Of a stretch of 64,000 nucleotides of DNA, positions 56,614 to 64,000 are shown one piece after another (the stretch's first letter is position 1; each line of letters starts with the position of its first letter). Source of the stretch: an uncultured delta proteobacterium. Its GTDB lineage: Bacteria > Myxococcota > Myxococcia > Myxococcales > Myxococcaceae. A program made the translations under genes and the position numbers. Below the pieces are notes generated by a model. That model had not been told where the DNA came from. It worked only from the letters and a program-made list of their open reading frames with translations, and ran no database searches. The stretch is taken from positions 192,001 to 256,000 of the forward strand of contig CAVYSY010000040.1 in the NCBI GenBank assembly GCA_963771175.1. The letters run 5' to 3'.

Positions 56614-57663
56614 ATGTCAGATCGCGACCCTTCCCAGCTCGATCTCTTCACCGGGGCCCCCAGCCCCACGCCGACCCGTGGGCGCCGGCGCGGGCAGGAG
56701 GCGCCCGTGGGGCCCGCCGAGCAGCCCGAGGAGGTGAGGGCGCTCGGTGAGCAGCTCCCCGCGGGCCTGTACCTGGGCACCTCGTCCTGGACGTTCCCGG
56801 GCTGGAAGGGGCTCGTCTACGACCGCGAGGCCACCCCGGCACGCCTCTCCCGCGAGGGGCTCGGCGCCTATGCCCGCCACCCCGTGCTGCGCACCGTGGG
56901 CGTGGACCGCACCTTCTATGCCCCCATTCCCGCCTCCACCTTCGCCGAGTACGCCGCCCAGGTGCCCGACGGCTTCCGCTTCCTCGTGAAGGCCCACGAG
57001 GCCTGCACCCTCGCGCGCTGGCCCGTGCACCAGCGCTATGGCGACCTGCGAGGTCAGTCCAATGCCCGCTTCCTGGATGCCGCCTATGCGCGCGACCTGG
57101 TGGTGGCGCCCTTCGTCGAGGGCCTCGGCCAGAAGGCCGGGCCGCTCGTCTTCCAACTGCCGCCGCAGGATCCGCGGGACTTCGGTGGAGTGGGGCCCTT
57201 CGTGGAGCGGCTGCACGCCTTCCTCGCCGCGCTGCCTCGCGGCCCCCTCTACGCCGTCGAGCTCCGCAACGAGTCCCTGCTGACGGAGGCCCTGGCCCAG
57301 GCACTCGCGGACGTGGGCGCCTGCCCCGTGCTCGCGGCCTGGAAGGACATGCCCCCCGTGGAGCGTCAGGCGGTGCGCACGCGCGCCCTGCAGGCCCCCG
57401 CCCTGGTGGTGCGCTGGATGTTGCCTCCGAACCTCGACTACGAGGAGGCCCGCAAGCGCTACTTCCCCTTCGACCGACTGGTGGACGAGGACGTGCGCAC
57501 CCGCGAGGCCATCGCCCGCGCCAGCGTCGCCGCCCTGCGCGCCGGCCGCCCCGTCTTCGTCACGCTCAACAACAAGGCGGAAGGCAGTGCTCCTCTTTCC
57601 GCGATACGTCTGGCCCGCAGCGTCATCTTACGAACGAAAAGTATCGCGAATGTGGAGTCGTGA
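56614..57663 (+). CDS. DUF72 family protein
   Basis: LGTSSWTFPGW, TFYA, FRFLVKA, VFQLPP, AVELRN and NNKAEGSA motifs. Confidence 0.88.
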   Translation: MSDRDPSQLDLFTGAPSPTPTRGRRRGQEAPVGPAEQPEEVRALGEQLPAGLYLGTSSWTFPGWKGLVYDREATPARLSREGLGAYARHPVLRTVGVDRTFYAPIPASTFAEYAAQVPDGFRFLVKAHEACTLARWPVHQRYGDLRGQSNARFLDAAYARDLVVAPFVEGLGQKAGPLVFQLPPQDPRDFGGVGPFVERLHAFLAALPRGPLYAVELRNESLLTEALAQALADVGACPVLAAWKDMPPVERQAVRTRALQAPALVVRWMLPPNLDYEEARKRYFPFDRLVDEDVRTREAIARASVAALRAGRPVFVTLNNKAEGSAPLSAIRLARSVILRTKSIANVES

Positions 57664-57736
57664 GCCTCTTGTGTGCGCGCATGTGGCACCGTGGTGTCAC
57701 GTTGGGTGAGCACACGACTTGCTAGGAGGGACGGTC

Positions 57737-57988
57737 ATGAGATCGGTCCTTGTTGCAGCGCTCGTGGTCCGCATGACGGCGGCCGGAGGGGCCGGCGCCG
57801 GTGTCGAGGTAAAAGGGGAACGCCCGCCAGCCGGCGAGTCCTGGGAGGACGTGCGTAAACAGTTCTCCGCCCTGCGAAACGAGTTTTCCACCTTGGAGAA
57901 CGAATTTCGCGACGCGCGAGAGAAGCACCGCGTCAAGGCCGAGGCCAGGCAGCGGGAGTCGGAGCGAGAGCGGCGTGGGCAGCCCTGA
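57737..57988 (+). CDS. Small hypothetical protein with a signal-like N-terminus and coiled coil
   Basis: AGGAGG RBS and [11 protein letters not shown] start; no recognisable family. Confidence 0.45.
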   Translation: MRSVLVAALVVRMTAAGGAGAGVEVKGERPPAGESWEDVRKQFSALRNEFSTLENEFRDAREKHRVKAEARQRESERERRGQP

Positions 57989-58316
57989 GCAGGGAGGCCC
58001 GGACGACACCGAGTTCGATCCCGAGGCGCCGGTGGAGCTTCCCCTGGACGGGAACCTCGATCTGCATCTCTTCCACCCCCGCGACGTGAAGGACGTCGTC
58101 ACCGAGTACCTCTGGGCCTGCCGCCAGCAGGGCGTGCTTGAGGTCCGCATCATCCATGGGAAGGGCACCGGAGCGCTGCGGCGCACCGTGCAGTCCCTGC
58201 TTCCGACGCTCCCCGAGGTCGAGTCGTTCCGTTCCGCCTCCGAGTCGGATGGCGGGTGGGGCGCTACCTGGGTCCGGTTGAAGTCCTTGGAGTCCATGGG
58301 CGACGCCGAGCGTTGA
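57975..58316 (+). CDS. Smr/MutS2-domain protein
   Basis: [16 protein letters not shown] and GGWGATWV motifs. Confidence 0.9.
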   Translation: MGSPEQGGPDDTEFDPEAPVELPLDGNLDLHLFHPRDVKDVVTEYLWACRQQGVLEVRIIHGKGTGALRRTVQSLLPTLPEVESFRSASESDGGWGATWVRLKSLESMGDAER

Positions 58317-58321
58317 CGGGA

Positions 58322-59736
58322 CTAGGTGCCGATCCTCACCATCCGGGCGACGGAGGGGATGCCCGCGTCGTTCACCAGGAAGAGCATGTAGTAGCCCGGT
58401 GGCGCCAGCGCGTTGCTCGCCGGCGCGGTGATGGTGACCCCGGTGCTGCTCCGCGTGAAGCCCAGGGTGAGCAGGCGCTGGTTCTCGTCGAAGGCGTGCG
58501 TCACCGAGCCCAGGGCGATCAACGTCACCTTCGTCACCCGGCTCGCGTCTGGAGTCCCGACGAAGAAGCTCGTGCCCGGCGTCACCACCCCTGGCGCCGA
58601 GCTGATGGTGGGGCGCGCTCCCTTGAAGAGGTAGGGCGGGGAGAAGACCTCCGCGGTGCGCTCGTGACGGCCCCCCGCGCTCAGCACGCGCCCGTCCGGC
58701 AGCAGGAGCGCGGTTGAGTGGTAGCCGCGGTAGGTGCGCTGGCTGGCGAGTCGCGTCCACCGGTTGGTGGCGGGGTTCCACACCTCGGGCTGGAGGACCG
58801 GGGCGTCATCGTTATCGAAGCCGCTGCCTTGGCTGCCACCCACGACGAGCACCGTGCCATCGGGCAGGAGCACCGCGTTGTGTTGGCGCCGGGGCGTGTT
58901 CATCGATGCCATGAACCGCCACGTGGGCGAGGCCGAGGTGAAGTCGATCTGCTCGACGGTGGCGGTCGGCGGATCCCCCCGCCGATGAGGACCACCTTGC
59001 GGTCGAGGAACACCGAGGGCCCGTAGCTCCGCGTGCCGAAGTTGCTCAGCGGGCCCAAGGTCCAGGAGCCCGTCCCCTCCGGGTTCATGAAGCGGCTGCG
59101 GCGTTGGGGCCCGGCATAGAAGAGCCTTCCGTCGGGCAGCAGATGCATCCGCGGGTAGTACGGCAGCTTGAGCGTCGCGGTGGTCATGTTCCGCCAGGTC
59201 CGGCTGGAGGCCAGGTACCGCTGGGGGAGCTCGTTCATGTCGCCAGTGCCGTTGACCTCGCCGGAGAGCACCATCACGTCGCCGTTGGGGAGCGTGGTGT
59301 TGGTGGGGTACCAGCGGCCCGCGTTCATGTCCCGGAGGCGAGTCCAGGTGGAGGTGAAGGGATCGTAGAGGCTCGCGTCGTTGAGCCCCACATGGCTCGC
59401 GATGTGCCCCCCGGTGATCAACAGCTGGCCGTCCGCGAGGTAGGAGTGGCCAGCGCAGAAGATGTTGTAGTCCGGCGCGGTCACCCGGGAGACCGCGCCC
59501 GTGGAGGGGTTCCAGAGCCCCGGGGGATCATCTCCCTCGGAGAACTCGCCGAAGAACATCACCCTGCCGTCGGGCTGCAGGTGGGCGTGGGTGGCGGTGA
59601 TGGGCCAGGACATGCGAGCCGACCACTGCCCGATCTCCGCGGGAGTCTGGGCCTCCGCCGGGAGCGCCAACGCCGTACACGCGGCGAGCAACACCGCGAG
59701 TCCTCGGGGTGGAGGAAGGAATCGCTTCATCGACAT
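58322..59736 (-). CDS. Galactose/glyoxal oxidase-like copper radical oxidase (Kelch + DUF1929), frameshift near 58975
   Basis: Signal peptide; NIFCAGH, RWYPT, YHSTALLLPDGRVLSAGG, SVTH and APPGYYMLF motifs. Confidence 0.88.
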
Positions 59737-59933
59737 GGTGGTCTCCGGATTGGCGTCTGAACCTAAGGGGGAAGGCGCGCGTGCCAATCCGTCCCCGAGT
59801 CCGAAGGAGCGCCCGCCAGGTGACGCTGGGTCTGTCATGCGCTGGCTTCTCGCCATGGACCGCCGCACGGGGTGGGCGACGGAACCCGGGTCCCCACATT
59901 GGGGAGCCATCCTTCACAGACAGGAGACACCCG

Positions 59934-61394
59934 ATGAGACGCTGGCGTCCGCTCTCCCTGATGCTGGCCCTGCTCGCCGGCTGCGCCACGACTCCTTCCG
60001 AGGAGCCCTCCCCTGGAAGGGGAGGAGAGTGGCTCGACAGCCGCACAGGAGGCGAGTGCCGGCAAGCCCTGTGGACGCACGCCCCTCCTGCTGCAGGACA
60101 TCGCTCCCGGGGTGCGGGCTCGGAACCGAGCGAGCTGGTGCACGGCGACCGCGTCCTCCTCTTCACCGTCGCCACGGAAGACGGGCGCGCGCTGTGGAGG
60201 AGCAGCGGCACGGGAGGGCCGGGCACCCGCTTCGTGAAGGCGCTTCCCTCGGGGCCGACCGGGATGGAGGCCTCGGAGCTCACCCAGGTGGGGAACAAGG
60301 TCTTCTTCGCCGCCGGGAGCGCGGAGCACGGACTCGAGCTGTGGGTGAGCGACGGCACGCCCGAGGGCACCCTCATGGTGAAGGACATCTGGCCCGGTGA
60401 GGAGGGCTCGTTCCCGGACTCGCTGTTCGAGTACAACGGACTGCTCTACTTCGCCGCCGGGAGCCCGGAGTTCGGGCGCGAGATGTGGCGCAGCGACGGG
60501 ACGCCCGAGGGCACCGTCATGGTCGAGGACCTCGAGCCGGGCCCCGAGGGCACCAGCCCCAACCTCTTCACCCGGGGAGGCGACGGGGCGCTGTACTTCG
60601 TCATCTTTCGCGACCCCTACAGGATGTTGATGCGCGGAGATGGGGGGCCCGGCGCCGTCGAGCTGCGCAGGGTGCCGGACAACGCGGGCCTCCTCGAGAG
60701 ACTGACGCCGGCGGGGAAACGGCTGTTCTTCATCGCGGGCGAGGAGGCCCACGACGGTACGGTCTCGCTGGAGGTGACGAGCGGGGGGAAGGCCCCGGTG
60801 CGCCTGGGCATGTTCCATGAGTTTGGCGACATGGTGGCGATGGGCGGGCGGGTGTACTTCAGCGCCGCCATGGGGGCCGCCATGGAGGAAGTGGCGCCCG
60901 ATGGGGAGCTGTGGCGGAGCGATGGCACCGCGAAGGGGACGGTGCGGGTGAAGGACATCCGGCCGGGTCCCGAGGGCTCGTCCCCCAGCGGTCTGAGGGC
61001 CCTGGGCAACCGGCTCGTCTTCGTCGCCGACGATGGGACGAGCGGGCGCGAGCCGTGGGTGAGCAACGGCCAGGCCTCCGGGACGGCCCTCCTCGCGGAC
61101 CTCGAGCCGGGTGGGGCCGGCTCGTTCCCGGAGGAGCTGACGGTCATCCAGGACACGCTGTTCTTCAGCGCGGAGACGGCGGGGCGCGGCCGGGAGCCGT
61201 GGATGAGCGATGGCACGCGCGCGGGCACGGTGGCGCTCGACGAGCTCGCTCCCGGGTCGGCCTCCTCGAACCCGAGTGGCTTCGTGCGCTCGGGTTGGGA
61301 CGTCTTCTTCACCGCCGATGACGGCACCCACGGCCGGGAGCCATGGGTCCTGCCCTTCCGGCCCTCGGAGCATTGCGAGCGCGAGTCCCGGTGA
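59934..61394 (+). CDS. ELWxxDGT-repeat lipoprotein
   Basis: AGGAG RBS and lipobox LAGC; repeats ELWVSDGT, EMWRSDGT, ELWRSDGT and EPWMSDGT. Confidence 0.9.
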   Translation: MRRWRPLSLMLALLAGCATTPSEEPSPGRGGEWLDSRTGGECRQALWTHAPPAAGHRSRGAGSEPSELVHGDRVLLFTVATEDGRALWRSSGTGGPGTRFVKALPSGPTGMEASELTQVGNKVFFAAGSAEHGLELWVSDGTPEGTLMVKDIWPGEEGSFPDSLFEYNGLLYFAAGSPEFGREMWRSDGTPEGTVMVEDLEPGPEGTSPNLFTRGGDGALYFVIFRDPYRMLMRGDGGPGAVELRRVPDNAGLLERLTPAGKRLFFIAGEEAHDGTVSLEVTSGGKAPVRLGMFHEFGDMVAMGGRVYFSAAMGAAMEEVAPDGELWRSDGTAKGTVRVKDIRPGPEGSSPSGLRALGNRLVFVADDGTSGREPWVSNGQASGTALLADLEPGGAGSFPEELTVIQDTLFFSAETAGRGREPWMSDGTRAGTVALDELAPGSASSNPSGFVRSGWDVFFTADDGTHGREPWVLPFRPSEHCERESR

Positions 61395-61454
61395 GCGCTC
61401 TCCCCGGAAGTGGCGACCTCGGGCTTCTGCCCTGGGAAGAGGGCAGGGTGAGGG

Positions 61455-64000
61455 CTACGACAGCCAGAAGTAGGCGGAGGCGATGAGCGAGCGCTTCTCC
61501 GTCACCTTCGCCTTGTTGGCCAGGTCCGCCACCTGCCGGTCCTTCGCCGCGTAGCGCTTCTCCTCCTCGTTGCGCAGCGAGGCCAGCTTCTTGCGGTACT
61601 CGCGCTCCAGCCGCTCGGCATGCGCCCGAATCTTCACCCGCTCGGAGGGGTCCTCCTGCGAGCACACTTCCTTGCGCGCCTCCTGCCAGGCCTCGCGAGC
61701 CTTCTCCACCTGCTCGCGCGACTCCAGCAGACAATCCTCCGCGTAGCGGTCCGCCCGCTCGCGCGCCATGTCCAGCTCCAGCGCGTTGCGCCGCTCCGCC
61801 GCCCGGAGGATCTCATCCTTGGCGGCCATCAGCGCCTGCTCCTGCATGAGCGATACGGACACCGGAGGCGGCTGCCGGCGCCGCTCCTCCTTGGCCGCCA
61901 GCTTCATGAAGTGCTCGCCGTCGGCCAGCGGCAGGACCCGGAAGCCCTTCCCGTCGCGCTCCAGCACCAGCACCATGTGGACCATCTTCTCTTCGGCCTT
62001 CAGGCCCGTCGTCTCGAACTTGTAGACGAACCACCAGCCCTCGCAGCCCGCGAGCCGGGCCAGCCGCGCCGGCAGTCCCGCCGCGTCGAGCTGCAGGTAG
62101 TTGACGGCGTCGTGCGTCCGGTCGCGCACCGCATAGGCGGCCTTGGCCACCTGGAGCCGGCCCGAGGCGCTGTTGTTGCCCAGCACCGAGCCCGTCAGCG
62201 CCCGCGCGCCCTGCTGGCGCTTCTCCAGCGCCTCCTTCGTCACCGCCCCCGCGACGCGCAGCCGCCGCCGCACGTCTCCGTCGAAGCGCTCCATGAGCGT
62301 CGAGCGCGCCTCCGTCATGCGCGCGCTGATGCGGCCCTCCATGTCCGAGCGCAGCTTGTCGAAGGCCTTGTTGATGTCGTCCGGGTGGCGGCAGGACTGG
62401 TAGATGTCCAGAATCCGCCGCTCGAAGTCCACGCCGCTCTCCAGCGCGCCGAGGATCTCATCCGACGCGCCGAACACGCCGTCGAAGAGGTTCAGCTTCT
62501 TCTCCAGCAGCTCGTACAGCCGGGCGTCCGCGGCGTTCTGCCGGTTGAGGAAGTTGATGACGAGCACGTCCCGCTGCTGGCCGTAGCGGTGGCAGCGGCC
62601 GATGCGCTGCTCCACCCGCTGCGGGTTCCACGGCAGGTCGTAGTTCACCACCAGGTTGCAGAACTGGAGGTTGAGTCCCTCGGCGCCCGCCTCGGTGCAG
62701 ATGAGGATCTGCGTCTTGTCGCGGAACTCGTTCACCAGGGCGCGGCGCTCCTCGGGCCCGCCCCCCGCGTCACCCGACAGCAGGGAGATCTTCCCCGCGT
62801 AGCCGTTGGCCGCCAGCAGGTTGAAGAGGTACTGCTGCGTGCGCTTGGACTCGGTGAAGATGAGCGCCTTCTCCGGCCAGCCCTGGCCCTTCATCACCTT
62901 GAAGGTGCGGTCCAGGGCGCGCTTGAGGGCCTCGCCCTTGGCGTTCACCTTGATGGAGTCGGCGAGGTCCGCGTACTGCTTCAGCTCCCACATCTCGTTC
63001 TCGAGCGTGCGGATGCTGACGGGCTTGGCGGGGTCGTCCGACCACTCCTCGCCCTCCTCGACGAACTGCTTGGCCTCCTCGGGCTCGAACATCTCCAGGG
63101 CCCGCTGGCCCAGGCGCGCCGCCTCGAGCCGCTTGGTGAGGTTGTCCGAGAGCCGCCGCAGGGTGGGGGCGATGGCGTACGTGGAGGAGGCCAGCAGCTT
63201 GCGGTAGCAGAGCGTGAGCAGCGTCTTCTTGCCCGGCTCGATGGCGGCCACTTCCGAGCGCTGCAGGTACTCGCTGACCTTCTCGTAGAGGTCCTGCTCC
63301 TCGGCCGAGGGCGCGAAGTCCTCCACGATGGAGCGGCGGTTGGTGTAGCGGACGTACTCGCGCACCTGCCGGCGCAGCGTGCGCTGCACCACGGGGGCCA
63401 GCCGCTCCTTGAGCTCGTTGACGGCGTCCGTCTGCAGTCCGCCCGTCTCGGCCTCCAGCCGGTAGCGGCTGCGGAAGGCGTGCTCGGGGCCGAGGATCTG
63501 CTCGTCCAGGAGCGTCACCAGCCCGAACAGCTCCATCAGGTCGTTCTGCAGCGGCGTGGCGGTGAGCAGCAGCTTGGGACGGCCGCTGAGCGCCGAGCGG
63601 AGCGCCTGGCCCGTCTTGTGGCCCGCCCGGTAGGCGTTCCGCAGACGGTGGGCCTCGTCGATGATGACGACGTCCCACGGAATCTCGGCCACCAGCTGCG
63701 CCTTGTTGGCGGCGAACGGGTGCGAGCAGATGACGGGGAAGGGCTGGTCGAAGCAGTTGCCCGTGGCGCGCACGCGTGCGGCCGTCCACCATCACCGACT
63801 CGAGGTCGAACTTCTCGCGCAGCTCGCTGTTCCACTGCGCGCGCAGCACGGCCGGGGCGAGGATGAGGATGCGCGTCTTCCCCTCGGCCACGAGCTGGGC
63901 GATGACCATGCCCGCTTCAATCGTCTTCCCGAGACCCACCTCGTCCGCGAGCATGCAGCCGCCGCGCGACAGCGAGTCGATGGCGAAACACGCCGCCTCG
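61455..64000 (-). CDS. SNF2-family (RapA-like) helicase/ATPase with a C-terminal coiled coil; 5'-partial, frameshift near 63775
   Basis: LADEVGLGKT, DEAH, LTATPLQN, EGLNLQ, YDLPWNP and QRIGRCHRYGQ motifs. Confidence 0.9.

Noticed and set aside
61455..64000. SNF2 helicase as part of a defence system (e.g. DISARM)
   Set aside because: No methylase, nuclease or drm genes lie downstream, and the upstream context is outside the window.

Overview
GC-rich myxobacterial chromosomal segment. The 16S signatures and gene content suggest Cystobacterineae (Archangium/Cystobacter-like). Left to right it contains: (1) a J-domain/TPR gene followed by a lipid A/Kdo/heptose (LPS) cluster (msbA-like, PHP hydrolase, waaA, GT4, lpxK, split hldE halves, Trm112-like, GT9), interrupted by an M4 peptidase; (2) yicC-gmk; (3) a complete rrn operon (16S, tRNA-Ile, tRNA-Ala, 23S, 5S) behind an array of 5-6 tandem sigma70-like promoters; (4) a PEGA Ser/Thr kinase and two tandem KamA-family radical SAM genes; (5) a three-gene unit headed by a membrane-anchored sigma-region-4-only protein; (6) spoIID-like, queA, tgt, yajC, secD, secF and recJ; (7) an 8x CARDB-repeat lipoprotein, a second M4 peptidase and an EEP-lipoprotein/OM-barrel pair; (8) a duplicated AHH-nuclease toxin/Imm11-like immunity cassette embedded in recombination scars (a split copy of a neighbouring terminator, plus GST, immunity and TSP3-repeat fragments); (9) OM-barrel and peptidase genes, aspS, a lipid kinase, DUF72, Smr, a galactose-oxidase-like gene, an ELWxxDGT lipoprotein and a partial SNF2 helicase. 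Many core genes (msbA, queA, tgt, yajC, secD, secF, recJ, aspS) are frameshifted, most likely through sequencing/assembly indels. All calls come from reading motifs by eye; no searches were run.
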